A stretch of DNA of 63,747 nucleotides, filler included, from Intoshia linei (GCA_001642005.1; 7 parts of 7 records of this genome joined end to end with filler, not necessarily neighbours in it); one strand, 5' to 3'; positions 12,962 through 27,130 are shown, numbered from the whole stretch's first letter. The notes: generated by a model from the sequence alone, not told the origin. Translations and numbers: made by a program.

Positions 12962-13847
12962 TAATTTAATTTTATATATATTTGCGTTTTTAAATTTCAA
13001 ATTTCGACCAAATCAATTATGAAATAATATGAGCGAAATATTGTAACTGAATGACATATTTATTTTTCCCCATAGTTACATGCTTTAACATGATGTATGT
13101 TGAAATTTAACATTTTTATTTGCAAAATCGTTTATGTTGTATTTGTCTAGTGTACTCACTTTTAACTGTAAAATAATTGTTTTCACTATTGGATTATTGC
13201 GCTGAGATACCAATTCAGTATTAGAATCAAATTTTCCAGTTGTATACGTAACTTTATTTTATTTTGACCTCATATCAGTGTTCCTTCTTATTTATACAAA
13301 ATGAATAGAGTAAAATTGGTCGAAGTGAATAAGTTATTTTATTGTGGAGTTGTTCAAAACTACCCAGTGTTTAATGTAATTTTTGAACCATATGAAATAA
13401 AAAATATGAATATGTATAACATTTTACTGTTACAACGAGAGCCACGTACAAGACTAGCAGACATTAAAAATTGTAGATGAAGTGCTGGTACCATTTTAAC
13501 CGTGTCCGTTCATATAATCGTAAATTCAAATGATCGTATTTATTTTGTTCAAGTCTAAATTAAATAATTCATTTAATTTACGATTATATGAACTATGAAA
13601 TAATTCATTTAATTTAGACTACAGACCCAAGTTAAAACTGAAATATTAAGATACCATATTATACCTACAAACCATATTACAAAAAAAAATAAAAATATTC
13701 TCTGGTGTGAACACCATAGAATATTTTTTATCCAATTCAATTTACTATAGTTTAGTTATGAAGTTTATTTCTTTACGATCTTTTGATAGTGTGCCATGTT
13801 ACGATTGGCAGATAAGAACTGATATAAGTTCATCTTAAATAAAAAGA

Positions 13848-13920
13848 TGTCGAAATCTCGATTCGAACCTAGACACGCAGAATACAATTATATGACTATA
13901 ACCACGCTGCCAGTTAGACA
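13848..13920 (-). pseudogene. Degenerate tRNA-like sequence (pseudo-tRNA or SINE head)
   Basis: 73 nt with A-box-like TGGCAGCGTGG, B-box GGTTCGAATC and ends TGTCTAA/TTCGACA pairing 6/7. T-arm and anticodon arm are broken. Confidence 0.45.
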
Positions 13921-14152
13921 TCACAGGTGAGTTATATCAAAAGTATATATTCGTATACAAAAGTATACAATACAAAAATCTACATTCTACCTATCATTGT
14001 AAATGTACTTACATTAAAAACAATCTTACAATTTGGTTATATCAATAACACTTTACAAAATGTATAATACTAATACTAAAAATAATCTAAAACTTTCAAA
14101 TGTATTGATAATTTAACCCAAAAAAGTATAAAATGATTATTTTCACACTACA

Positions 14153-15033
14153 CACTGTACCAATTTGTTATGCAGATATAAAAAAATAGTAAAAACATAA
14201 TAAAAAGTAAAGTACATTTTTTGATTTTTTTGGAGAATGTACTTGAACAATCTGCGCATGTATTAAAAATGAAAAAAATAATAATATTAAGAATTAAATT
14301 AAAATAAAAGTAGAAATACTAGGTGTACCAAAATATTATGCAAATGTAATGATGTAAATGCAACGGAACATATTAAAATGTAAGTATAATGTTTAATATG
14401 GTTCCCATGAAGTTGTAAGACTTTAACAAACCTATCATCCACTGAATCGATCAACTTTTTGACCCGCTCTGGCAAGATTGAACTAGGTGCCTGCTTGATG
14501 GCATCCCATAGCATCTCCAGGGAGTTATACTGAGTCCCATCAGCATATAACTTTCTAAATGTATCATTAAAATATTATAAAGCTTATTACATATTATACT
14601 CCAATAATTTTCTATTGTAAATCATTAACTTTATTCCCTTAATACTTAATTTTCGACCTTTGATTTAATTTGGATCTTTCGTTTTGCTTTGACTGGGAAT
14701 CCAGCCATTTTTTAATAGTCCGGTGACCCCGCTCTAGACAGAGAAATTTGAATAGTATATTTCTTTTTGCTAGTAAACCGACAATTTCATTTTTTTCGTT
14801 CACGCTTGGGTTGCTTTATAATCCCATTTACGATTTGTTTAATAAATTGGTACACTTTAAATTTAAAAAAACGCAATATGTAAATATAAAGTTTTTTGCT
14901 AACTTAAATACAATAACTGTCAATATAAATTGCATCAATTAAAAGTCACTTCATCACAAAAAATATGAGTTTTGAACATTTTTAAAGTCTAATACACAAG
15001 TTTTAATGATTTGAATAACAAATTGGTACAGTG
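14153..15033 (-). mobile_element. Internally deleted Tc1-type transposon
   Basis: TIRs CACTGTACCAATTTGTTAT (14153) and its reverse complement ending 15033, followed by TA. N-terminal transposase remnant NEKNEIVGLLAK...RGHRTIKKWL (~14700-14810) and C-terminus RKLYADGTQYNSLEMLWDAIKQA...VKKLIDSVDDRFVKVLQLHGNHIKH (~14390-14555); DDE core missing. Confidence 0.85.
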
Positions 15034-15112
15034 TATATATGAAAAAAAGAATATCGCAACTTTGCTAATAAAACTGAAATAAACAGAATATTTAATCACT
15101 ATAAAAAACTAA

Positions 15113-18100
15113 TTATGTAATTAAATTTGTTTTATAAGATTCATGCCAAACTTCTGAAAGACAGCTGGCCGAATGGAATCTGAAGAATATTATAAAAGGA
15201 AGAGTAATAGTAGAAATATTCTCCCAATTAATTTTTGTAAACATAGTGTGGAATGGTGATTTACTATCAATTTCTCTAAGTTCAAATGTAGAAATGAACC
15301 ATATACACAAATTAATAATAATTAAAAACATTGTTATAGATTTTCCAGGTTCTTCTCCTTTTTGAATTTGAAGTGTACGTAATTTCCTATGAATATTATC
15401 TGCAATATATATAGTTTGTATTAAAGCTTGGAGAACTGACAATACATTTCGGCAAATCCACAAAAATTTTCCTATGGTGTGAAATATTTGCTGTCGATGA
15501 TTATCAAATGATTCTTCATAATGGTTTATATTGAATAACATGGCTCCATAATAAACAGCTATAGCCAATATGCAAACAAAAAGAACATGCGAATCTACAC
15601 GTTGGCTTCGTCGGCAGAAAGGTATGTGATCGTATTTTAACCTTTTAGATCTGTGAAATCCAATAATAACGGCAATACCCGATGCAATGAAAAGAATACA
15701 TTGTATTAAATAGTAAAGAATCATTTGAAATTGACCATCCCGCAAGTGAATATTGAGTAATTCAAAATTGTACTCTGAAAATATGTACAAAATAAAAGAT
15801 AAAGCAGTAAGTACAACAAATATTATTCCTATGAAAAAGCCATTTACAGATTCACTGCAACAGTCGTTTATTTTTTGATCAACGACCATAGTATACTTTG
15901 AAATTGTTCCCATATGTAATAAAGCTTCGCTACTTTTTTCTTTTTCTTGTAAATGTTGACAAGTTTTAGAAATATGTTTATCATTATATTCATTGATTGA
16001 TGAAACTTTGTGTTTCATCATATCAAGAGAGATTTCATATTTAACCTGTTTTGATTTCAAATACCTTTTGATGTAAGAGTTTAAGAACATTTTGTATAAA
16101 ACAGCTACTTGAACCAGACTATATTCAATGATACAAGGAAACAGATAAACACTAGCCTTTTCCACCAAAGATCCTTTTATTGATATCATTACATTATTAC
16201 ATTGATTGGATTGCCCCGCTTCTTAAATTATAATTACAATAAATTAAATGTTTACTTAAATTATATTCACTAAATTGGTTTTTTGTTTCTTGAACAATAA
16301 CTAAAATTGAACGTGATAAATTGACAGCAATTAAGTGACAATATATGAATCGTATGGTCGGTTTTAGATGGTTGTAAATAGACTAAAATGAATAATATAT
16401 TATAATGTATATACAATCAGACTCGTCAATAATGAACCCTAAATGTCAGATTTTTGAAAGATTCACTATTAAACATTTCAAGAAATGTCCGAATAATTAG
16501 CATTTTATATCACCCAATTTTTAAAGATTTTGAAGACCCTTAAAATGTTAAAAATATTCCTTTAAAAACCCTACAAATTTTTAAACCTTAGATTATTTTC
16601 AAAATATTTAAAAAATGGATAAAAAAAACCCTATCAAATTTTTGACCCAAAATTATCTTTAAAAATTTGATTAAAAAATTTTGCCAATAAAGAAACCCAC
16701 AAAAATTTGGTCAAAAAATGAATAATGTCAAAATTAAAAACTATTTTTTCTAAATTCATTATAATCAATTTAAATAAAATGTTGAACTTCGATAATCTTT
16801 ACAATAGCGTAGTCACAATTTAACAAAAAATCATTCACTATTAAAAAAATTCATTATTGACGAGTCTGACTGTATATATAATAAAAATCAAAAATATGAT
16901 TGTTAAAAATCACATTACATTACATTGAAAATTTTAAATGCTTTTTCCAGAATGTTGTTCCTCTACTATAATTTTATATCTGAAAACCCCCATACAGTTA
17001 CCAGTTACAATTGACCCGTAAGGGCATGATTACTCTTGATTAGTTATTACTAGGGCAATTTAGTTATGACTAAAAATTCAAAAAAATTATGACATTTCAC
17101 CAAAATAATATGACTTTTTATGACTATTTCATTTATTATAGTACAGCGGAATTCCCAAATGAAGATACTGGAACCCCTAGGTGTCCCATAAATTACTTGC
17201 TCGTCTGATACTATGACTCATAAATTATAATTTTATATAATTATAGATATTTTTTAAATTCCAAAAATAAAAATTTAATAATATACTTAGTTCCTTATGT
17301 ATTTACGTATATTTAATATTGGTATATTGTATAGTCACTGTGATTTTAAGGTTGTATATTAAATGTAGTTACAGTGATATCTCGTTCCCGTCATATTCGA
17401 TTACTTAAATTTTAGTTTATTTAGAAACAATTTTAAGCCAAAAATATTTTTTGCAATCATAGATATGTAATTTTGGCTTTATATTTAACTCCAAATAAAC
17501 TAAAATTGAAGTAATCGAATATGACCAGAACGAGATATCATTGTACTACCCTATTTCGTCAGTTCAATCATTAACGATTTTATAGATATACATTTTGGGT
17601 CAAATAGAGTATTAACAATTTTAAATTAATATGATGTCATAGTTACACTAAATTTTAAATTATGTGTACATTATTATTTCTTAGTTTAAAGTACAAACTA
17701 TGAAGTATGTTGGGAACCGCTATTATAGTACAATAGAATATATTAATACATGTACGTTTTTAAAAATATTCTTTCGTTTGATAATATATTCTTCAACAAC
17801 GAAAACGATTGTTTCAACACTTGATGATGAGGTTTGTCAGTTCAATAGCTGCGAATAAGTTTTTGGTGATTTTATTTCACACAGTATAATTGAAAATTGA
17901 AAATTTTTAATTTATATTATCGTTTTAAGGAAAATAAATTTTTTTATAAATTATGACTTTATTAATATTATTATGATAATTATGTCAGAAGTATGACATT
18001 AATGACTTTTTAAAAATCGATATACCCATTAAATGATTTATTAGAGTTCCCTCTTACATTTCTAATATTTTTTTATTATTAAAATTATTTTTATGACATT

Positions 18101-18950
18101 GTTCGCCCTAGTTATTACATACAAATTTTATAAATTAAAAAATAAATGTAAAACAATGACCGCGGTGATTCATATAATCAGTGGTTCACATTTTTTTGCA
18201 GCAATCGGATTAACAAAATCGCTTTAAAACCTCCTACCCTCAAATAATTTTGATATATTTAATACCCACACCTGGAAACAGACGACCCAACACTAGTTTA
18301 AACACATATTATTAAATTACCTCGTTATTAGTAAATAGTAAATGAGTTTGGGCAAACATAAATATAATGTGCAAGATGAGAAGACAAAAGCTAATGTACC
18401 CATAGTCACAAACTTGTATCGGTGAACTGTGTCCTTCGAATGAAGTAAATAGCGTAACCATTTTCAATATATCCAAAATTATTGTTCCAATAAAAAATAC
18501 TATGTAGAAATGAATTACTTATTAAAAATAAAACTTATTGTTCCAACCCGCAAATATTTGTTTGATTTACAAAGCAATGGTGTGTGTTCGTCAGAGCTTG
18601 GTTGCGTCTTTTTTTTCGAAAATGTGTATTTAATAAATATTATAAAGATTAACGATGTCATGTCTAAGTATCCTTCATATATCTAAAGAAATTATATGAA
18701 AAATAATATGATTACAATTCCCCCAATGGAATGAGCTATGTAGCTGAAATCTTTAATCAAAGGATAAATGAAGGATATACTGATAAGAACAATTGCATAC
18801 AGTATGGCTATATTTCTGGATATATTGGATCTAAATTTGTATAATTCATTAAGTATTTACAAACTCATTGGGTTTTTTTTTAATTGAAGTAAATTCAGAA
18901 TTCCCTCTCACAGAGCTGACTTCGTTGCACACAGAACTACCAGAACACAT
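15113..18950 (-). CDS. Otopetrin-family proton channel
   Basis: Exons from ATG 18950: TM1 IAILYAIVLISISFIYP, IYEGYLDMTSLIF, NKYLRVGTIIFFIG; last exon with YLFPCIIEYSL, SVNGFFIGIIF, EEPGKSITMFLIIINLCIWFISTFE and TITLPFIIFFRFHSASCLSEVWHESYK, all otopetrin signatures. Confidence 0.92.
16414..16872. mobile_element. Tc1/pogo-type MITE in otopetrin intron
   Basis: TIR CA(A/G)TCAGACTCGTCAATAATGAA with TA flanks. The same end recurs at ~51918 and a related pair at ~23861-24103. Confidence 0.85.
17144..17722. mobile_element. hAT MITE (middle layer)
   Basis: Ends CAGCGGAATTCCCAA / TTGGGAACCGCTA with perfect 8-bp TSD TTATAGTA. Confidence 0.8.
17372..17543. mobile_element. Fold-back Tc1/pogo MITE (inner layer)
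   Basis: Near-palindromic 172 bp, CAGTGATATCTCGTTC...GAACGAGATATCATTG, flanked by TA. Confidence 0.85.
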
Positions 18951-20280
18951 CAAAAAGTCATTATAATTAAATTTTTTCGCATTTTTCTGTTTGAAACAAT
19001 TTAAAAATTTTGTCATTTGTATTGTGATTAGATATTAACGTATTAAGTCTTCATTTAAGGTCAATGTAATCTCATACAGTGTACGTTATTCTATATTTAA
19101 AAAAATAAAGCTAGAAAATTGACACCCTAACCATAAAAGTAGTACATATTTCTGAATAAATTTTAATTTACCTGTGAAAATTTTCATTTTCATTGCAATA
19201 CAGATGCCCCTCCATTATAGTGAAATTAACATTCACTCACACTTCCGAATACCATAATAAAAATTATCCTAGAATAAAAATATGTTTACTGAAGTGTCAT
19301 TGATACAGCTTGACAAGTCTGTATAATGAACTACAAACAAAAATATTTTTAGGATGACAAAAAGAATACAGCAAATACACTCGTATTCTTTGCATATTTG
19401 ATACATTTATTTATATATATAAAAGCGTCACCTTTAAATTAAATATTTAATGGATTCTTCTGTTTAACATCTGTTACTTTTTATCAAATCAAACTTTTAC
19501 AAACAATGAAAAACAATTGTTTAATATACAAGTTATTAATTAATTTAATGTGATCACCAGTGGTTTTCGGAATGTAAAATTTGAAAAATTAAAAAAAAAT
19601 TATAATTTGTAATAATATTTGACATTTACAAATAAATAATTAAAACGTCCCAAAAAATATAAATTAGTATGTTCTATTGTTTCATTGTCACATGACACGA
19701 CGACATAGTGCAACCGTTAAAATAATTTTTTTATGAATTTCATGGTTTCATAATTATTAAAATATAGTTGTGCTAATCCAGGGTCCCCAAAATAGAGTCA
19801 TCTCGACAACTTTGTAACTGAAAAAACATAATATGATATGTTGAACTGATTATTGAAGTTTTACTATGAGAATTTGTCTTTGAACTATGATGGTGCATTA
19901 ACTAACACAATCAAAGGTAGTGAACTGAGCTCAAAACGGAAAGTTTCGGACAAAAAAATGAATTCTAAAGTGCTTTTTTACCGCGAAGGCGTCACTTTGT
20001 CACATTGAAATTTTTGTGTATTAACTAGATATAATCGTATCAAAGGAATTCTTATAAAAACTTGTATTGCCTTAAAACTTAAATTTTGTATACGTCTATT
20101 TTCATTTTTTGAAAAAACTGTAATCTGGGTTTATATCGTTAAAATGCGCTTTTTTGTGTTTGCGATTTAAGACAGACTGTTTGATTTGTTGATTTTTTTC
20201 TTTCAATTTTTTTTTAAAATTATAATTTAATGTAATGTAATTACAATAATAATAATTATCCAATTCTGGAGATTTTTTAA

Positions 20281-20907
20281 CCCTTTCACTGTTTGAGAAC
20301 CACCAGTGGTACTCAGTAAATATCTTGTAAAACTTTATTTATGCTCTTAAAACTTTATTTTTTTAACCAAACTATATAGGGAGTTTTTAGTAAATTTTTT
20401 GTAGCAAAACTGTATAGGGGATTTTCAGTGAATTTTTTTTAGCAAAACTTTATAGCGGTGTTTTTAGGAATTTTTTTAACCAAATTTATTAATGATATCG
20501 AATAAACTAAATAATCTTCAAAAAATTATAATGATTTAATTAAAGTATACATGATAAATAGGCTATAGATTTTCATGTTTTAGATAGTAGCAAAGTAGAC
20601 AAAGAGCTTCGTTGCAAAGTTTACATTCCGTGGTCGTTTTTTTTGTTCTGAGTTGAGCATTTTCCCGGTTATTATTGTTGGATAAAACTTGATAGCAGCT
20701 CTTACATCGCCTCCGAATAAATTTTCCATTTCGCAATCCAATTATTGTTAATGGATGAGATTTTGGCTTAGAATTGGTACAAGCCGTTTTTGGTTTAATT
20801 AGTTCCTTAATAATTGACTCAGAGAATTCGGCTAGTGTCATTTTTTAGATAACATTATAATAGTTATTATAAATTATAGAGCTATTCAACACGGATATAC
20901 TGATCAA
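20281..20907 (-). mobile_element. piggyBac element 3' end with transposase C-terminal Cys-rich domain (cut by gap)
   Basis: TTAA|CCC terminus at 20277-20283; ORF 20563-20841 RRRCKSCY...KTTTECKLCNEALCLLCYYLKH; upstream ISVLNSSIIY interrupted by a stop; about three ~38-bp subterminal repeats at 20370-20485. Confidence 0.85.
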
Positions 20908-21007
20908 NNNNNNNNNNNNNNNNNNNNNNNNNNNNNNNNNNNNNNNNNNNNTTAATTAATTAANNNNNNNNNNNNNNNNNNNNNNNNNNNNNNNNNNNNN
21001 NNNNNNN
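20908..21007. other. Artificial scaffold spacer N44-TTAATTAATTAA-N44 (also 28582, 39792, 43957, 47974, 59751)
   Basis: Identical 100-nt structure six times; the 12-mer gives stops in all six frames. Confidence 0.97.
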
Positions 21008-21462
21008 AAATAATTTTTAATATATTATCAACCAATATTTTTCAAATATTTCCATTAAAATCAAAAATTGAAAATGTAAATATTGAAAATATAAGAGTGG
21101 TAGTTATTTCAATAAAGTGGAACACATACACACAAACAAAAATCGCGTAGCCTTTTATATCAGTTAGGATAACAAACACATGGTAATAAAATAACATTTA
21201 TAATTGATATAATAACTTAGTAAAGTCTTAATAATTAAAAGATAAATTAGTGTGAACTATAACTATAAAATTTTCATTGTAAATATTAAAACGTGCACCG
21301 CAAATTCGTTTATTATTATTTTTATAAATTTTTTACGGCTGTATGCCTAAAAAAGATTTTAATTCAATAAAATCTACACTTTAATCAAAAACGAAAAAAA
21401 ACAAAAACAGTTGACACTCTACTGTCTGTAGTACATAACTGTTAAGCTAGTATATAATATTA

Positions 21463-24400
21463 TTAGTTAACCTCTTGCCCCAAACCATAATTTATAGCTT
21501 CCATCCAATACACTAAGTAATTGTTATCATCGTCGTGATGTAGTTGGATAAGTACCGGATCGACATCGGTCGCCTTTAAATCAATTTTGAGAGTAAGAAC
21601 TTCAATCTAAATAATAGTTTAATGGTCTTTAATATTATTAATAATATTGAATTTCAGACAAATGAAAAATACTAAGTAACCTGCTACAACTATTTACCTT
21701 TTTGTTTTTTATTGTCTTTAGAACACTTATCATAGAAATGTGTGAAATATTACTTATAAAAACTAAAATTTAAATTTATAAATGGTAATTAAAAAATAAA
21801 AATTTTACAATATAATATTTCTTTTGAAAATTGATAATTAAAATTATATTACATGAATACGTAAATTGAATATCATCTTCAACAAAATTTTTGTCTTCTC
21901 CAATAAATGAATAGCATATTTGACATTTTGGGCAAATTTCGGAACAGCATTTTAGTAATTTCATTACCATAAAACCAGCTACAAAATATGTTAAAATTAT
22001 GTTACATTAACATTATGTTATGTACAACATTTACAAGTATTCAAGAATTAACAAAAAAAGACGTTACATTAAATTATGAGATTCAATTATATCCTCAATA
22101 ATTTTTTTAACAATAAATACACAAATTACTGTTCTTAAAATTCATTTAATGCAAAAATTCAAAGGAAAAATTTTACCAATGTCATTTTAAAAAAATCCTT
22201 TTGACTGTCATGTATAAACAGTGTTTATTAAATAACACAATTAACAAAACATTAAGTTTTGATGTATAATTGATATCGTAAAAATTTTAATCTTACAAGA
22301 AAGAAATTCACATACATTTCCTCATTTTCTCATTTGTATAAATGAATTTCCCATTTAAATCAGAGAAGAATTTTTACTAAGGTTAGGGTGCGTACGTAGT
22401 CTAAGAACCATATCCAGTATAATTAATATGCTCGTTAATTACATTGTTTAATACCTAGAGCAGTGTTCCTCAAACTCTTTTGGATTACGGCACATTGGCA
22501 GAATTTAAAAAATTGATTGTAAATAATGGTAAACTAACAATTTAACATGTGTATGCATCTTTTAAAGTGTTTAAATAGGTTGGTACGCAAATAAATGACA
22601 CGTTTTTCAAAATCTCCGCGATATACGCTTTGAGAAGAAACTCTGCTCTAGGGTTGACTAATTACATTTTTTGTTTTCCATTTTGGCTTTATCCATAAAT
22701 TTAATTTTAAAAATATGAAATATATTAACTCTATTCATTGTACTTATTCTTTTATTTATCAAAATTTTTTTAACGTGACATTTCAAAATGTTTCGCAATT
22801 CACTAAATATTTTTTTATTCAATTAATAATCTAAAATAACATAAAATAAACTAAAATAATAAGGGTATAAATATGTATGTAAAATATGCTCTAACACAAA
22901 TAAATAGCTTTTTGATACCCAATTGAAAAATCCACATTTATCAAAAAATATATAACGATTTTATAAAAAATATAATTGATAATTCCAATCTGGAATACGA
23001 AAAAAGTTGCCCGGTTGCGACCCTCCAATAAATTTCAGAAATTTATCTTAAACAATGAACCTGATGTATTGGAGAGTCGATAATACATAAATATTAATCA
23101 AATGTGAAGATTTTTCAAAAAACGTTGAAACTTTTCTTTAATTGCCCGTGCCTTATTTGTATAAATAATAAAATACATACTTTTTGATAGGCGAATTTTT
23201 TGTTTCATTAGAAGATTTTAAAATATCCTTGACTTTGTTTGGAGTATATTGAATTAAATCGTTTCCAAAACTATCAATGCTTTCTGGGTTTGATTTTAAA
23301 ACAAATTTTATTTGATATGTAAATAATCCAATTGCCTAAATTAAAGGTAATGAAATGATTAGAAAGAAATATTAACCTGTTCAAAATCTTCTCTACTAGC
23401 ATGCATTTTTATCCACGTACTATGAAAAGCCATAATTGATACACAAAATAATTTTTGAAATATTTCTCCTTCATTAAAAAATAACCGCATTAGCAGAGCT
23501 GCATTGTTTAATTCTAATATACGTATAAGTATAGTTCAAGTGTTAAACACTTCTTTCTTTAATGAATATGTTTGGAGTATTAATTATAATTTTAGCGACT
23601 TCGACTGCAGCCTTTAAAAATGGAAATAATTCTTTGGAATTAAAATTTGTGTTTTCATTAATTATCTTAAAATAATATATTACATCATTTTTAAATTATT
23701 ATTATTATGTCTCATTTTTACTGTAATTACCAAGTGTAAGTTTGCAGGTTGTTGAGTTATAAAGACGTTACAGGCATTTAAATAAAATCTGCCTTCCTTT
23801 TGTCGAAACAAAGATAAAGCATTATCCCAACCCTATAAAAAAATTAAATTATTTTCAATATAGTCAGCTCTCAATAGTGAACACATTTTTAGCAAGATAT
23901 CAGCACTTTTATTTAGCATTGTAGTGTTGCAACGTTTTTCAAATCTACATAGATTTTTTTCTGTTTTTGTACATTTTTGCTTATGCTCTCAGAATAAGTT
24001 TTTTATTCATCGAATAATCAGATATTCTGTATCAAAATAACTTAAAAAACTAACGGAAACTGAAAAATTATATTAAAAATATTCATCATTAAAAAGTTGA
24101 CTGTATTATATGTAATTTTTTTAATACTTTTATTCCCATTTTAATCAAATCTTCATCAAATAATTCCCTTTTTTTGGCTGTTAAATTTTCTAAATGTGTT
24201 TTTGTTTTTAGAACAGTCGTTCTCATTTTGATGAGAAATGAATTTATCTCCTAAAATAATATATTTTGCATTTTTTATTTCTTTACCGAATCCTCAAGAG
24301 GCTTCAAAAAGTCAAACATGTAAACTTTGTACATCCATGCTTGATAAATTATTATTTCGTCAATTAATGGTTCTTGTACAGGTATTTTAGAGAAAAAACG

Positions 24401-27130
24401 CAAAACAAGCTAAAATAAGTAAAGTTTAATAAAGTTAATTTTTTTAATTATAAATCCTCAAATCAATTTCAAAATATTACCAATGATAAAGATTTTCTCA
24501 TTTCTGAAACTATTAAATAATCAGCCATCTAAGTTTATATATATATTTTTAATAATGTGTATACGGAAATATGTAGAATTTGAATTATTTTTATTATTAT
24601 TATTATACTAGTTTCATTTTTTAAATAAAGGATAATTCTAAAGGATCTGGGGTGTTGATGGTGAAATGCACTTTTTTAAGGTTGCCATTTATGATAATGC
24701 TGATGATTTTAAAAACTATCCCAGAATTTATGTTTTATAAAATTCTTTTTTCATTTTTATAACAATGGGTCATTTGTCGCTTTAATTATGAGGATGTACG
24801 TTTCTGAGGCTGAGATTTACGACTATGTTAATGATTTTAAAACGCGTCCCAGAATTTATGTTTTTTTTTAATTTTTGGGTTGATTTTATTTTTATGAAAG
24901 AGAAAAAATTGGGTTTTTTATTCTAAAGAAATCAATTTCGAAAAATTAAACTCTGATATAAACATGACCTGCGAAAAACTGTATTATAAATTGGGTTCTG
25001 TAAATATCTACAACTGTAATTTTTTAAATTAACTGTAACACAGACATTCCATTTTATTTAACTTACCCGATAATTATCAGTAGATGTTACTGCCAATAAA
25101 CTATTTATAAAATGTAGCACATATGCAAAATCTTCAGACTTATTTAAATTGGTGCTAAAATAAAATTTATCCTTTTTTATTAACTATAAGTATAATTTAA
25201 ATTAATTATTAACCTGTCTGTCAAAAATTTTGAAAATTTCAATAATGAAACAAGTAAATGCATATTTTGTTTGCTAAATACACCAGTAATATTAATATAT
25301 AACATTGAATTTTTATTACTTTTTAATCAAACAACTCAAAATTTTAATCATATTTAAAAAAAATTGTCCATTTTTGATAGTACCATTCACCAAATCGTTG
25401 GTTATTTCAATTAACTAAAATTTGTAATATAAAATTTATAATTAATTTTTAGTTTTTTATTATTAATGTAAAATTTAGCACACCGAAAAAAAATTAATCT
25501 CACAAAGTTACGTCTTTATCCGAAATTCATAATAAAAAAAAAAAATATGTACTACAGGTGTTTAAAATTTTATATTTATATATTATTCATGTTTTTTATG
25601 ACGATTTTAAGGTTTTAACTATAATTTGAGTGTTTTTAAGATTATATACTGATTGTCTAATAAATTAAAAAATTGGCCTCGGCAGAGCTAGTACATAACC
25701 GTCTAGCTACAGTATAGTTCAGAGGTGGGGAAAGTACAGCCTTATTGACAATTTTAATTATTTTTTATTTAAATTATTCTATTTATTATATTATTTTTAG
25801 AATATTGGTTTTTGGTAAAATGGGATTTTTCAGAAAAATATTGGTAAAGAGGTTCTTTTCCTTAAGGGTTGTAAAATTAAGTTTTTTATTTTGGGATCAG
25901 ATAAAGGAATTTTTACCTTAAGGGTTGGTAAAATTTTAATTTTTTTTCATAAGATTTTATTAAATTTAAGTTAATATGCTAAAAATGTATCATTCAACCA
26001 CAATCATCTAAAATTTTTGTATTCACTTCCTAATAAAATTATTCACCCCTTGGGGTGACCAGTCACCCCATTAGAAGCACTGCTGTATTTGATTAAATTT
26101 TATTTAGAAATGTGCGGCCTTATTAAATTTTTTGGGAGGTTAGTGCGACCTTCCAACAGTAAATGCTTTCCCACCTCTGGTGTAGTTGATTATAAAACAC
26201 CCTTGTCGACATTGACTGAAATTTAAAATCTACAGTATAATTTTATACCTCGTTAACTTGCTTTGTACTGGGATTATGCGTATTGTTGTCAACAGATAAA
26301 ATTTTTTTGATAAATTCCGAAATAAATACACTAAAATGAAAAATTGATAATACTATTGTATTTATAAATATTTTACCTGGGAGATAACGTTAACGCACTA
26401 ATAAGTTGACTTATTCCATCTACCCTTTGAAATTCTTCCAAAAAATCTGGAACGCTGATCATATTAATTAAATCGAGTGAAATATTTTTTAAATTGACTA
26501 AATGTGCAGATTTCAGTATATTTATAACATCATTTGCAAATATTTTCTAAAATATAGAAATTTATATTTATATAATTTTTATGTAATTTACTGGTTTATT
26601 TAGTAATCGTACAACTTGGTCTTGTGTAAAATATTTTATATCCTAAAATTTTTTTATGTTATTTAAAATATTTTGAAACTTTCTCGGTAATTGTTTTAAT
26701 TTCTGGTTCAATTTGAAGGATGATCAAATCCTCATGTTTTTTATTTTCATAGTATTTTGTGGATATTGATTTTATTATCTCGTGTAGTCTTTGGTTCTAG
26801 AATTTATCAATTTCAGTCATTAATAATGACTCACTATATTCACGTATTAATAAATGTAATCAGTATATTATAAATATCAGGGTTAGGCTTAGTAATAATG
26901 CATTAATATATTAATACTAATATGAAGCACATTATGTATACATGTATGATAAATTATAACTGACAATTATCATTGATATCAATGATAATTACCACTTAAC
27001 ATTGCACAATTTTCTATAATTATGGTTAGATTCTAATATTTTGTTTTTAATATCAATCACCATTAAGCTAATCAAACCCTCAAACTTTGATGAAGATAAA
27101 TACAACAAACATTGCCATTTTGATATTTAC
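21463..27130 (-). CDS. ELMO: Engulfment and cell motility protein (ELMO/CED-12), many short exons
   Basis: Exon peptides in order: PDFLEEFQRVDGISQLISAL (cf. TFAQEFINLDGISLLTQM), ELFPFLKAAVEVAKII (cf. ECPFGRSSIELTKML), WIKMHASREDFEQ/AIGLFTYQIKFVLKSNPESIDSF (cf. [36 protein letters not shown]), VYWMEAINYGLGQE (cf. IWTDGLNALLGKD). Start and terminal exon uncertain. Confidence 0.85.
22461..22645. mobile_element. hAT MITE in ELMO intron
   Basis: CAGTGTTCCTCAAAC ... TTTGAGAAGAAACTCTG with nnCTAGnn-like flanks. Confidence 0.6.
25720..26179. mobile_element. hAT MITE in ELMO intron
   Basis: TIR CAGAGGTGGGGAAAG / CTTTCCCACCTCTG; TSD GTATAGTT/GTGTAGTT (7/8). Confidence 0.8.

Larger units (their letters stand above)
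17051..18110. mobile_element. Non-autonomous hAT element (outer layer of a nest)
   Basis: Ends TAGGGCAA / TTCGCCCTA, perfect 8-bp TSD GTTATTAC (17043-17050, 18111-18118), repeated TATGAC subterminal motifs. Confidence 0.85.

Noticed and set aside
20908-21007. Repeated TTAATTAATTAA motif within N-runs
   Set aside because: Assembly spacer (six-frame stop linker), not biological.
21330-21465. Apparent loss of the ELMO C-terminal polyproline tail
   Set aside because: The sequence after GQE|GTTAAC is a plausible intron containing a Helitron 3' end (21428-21450); the last exon may lie beyond the gap.
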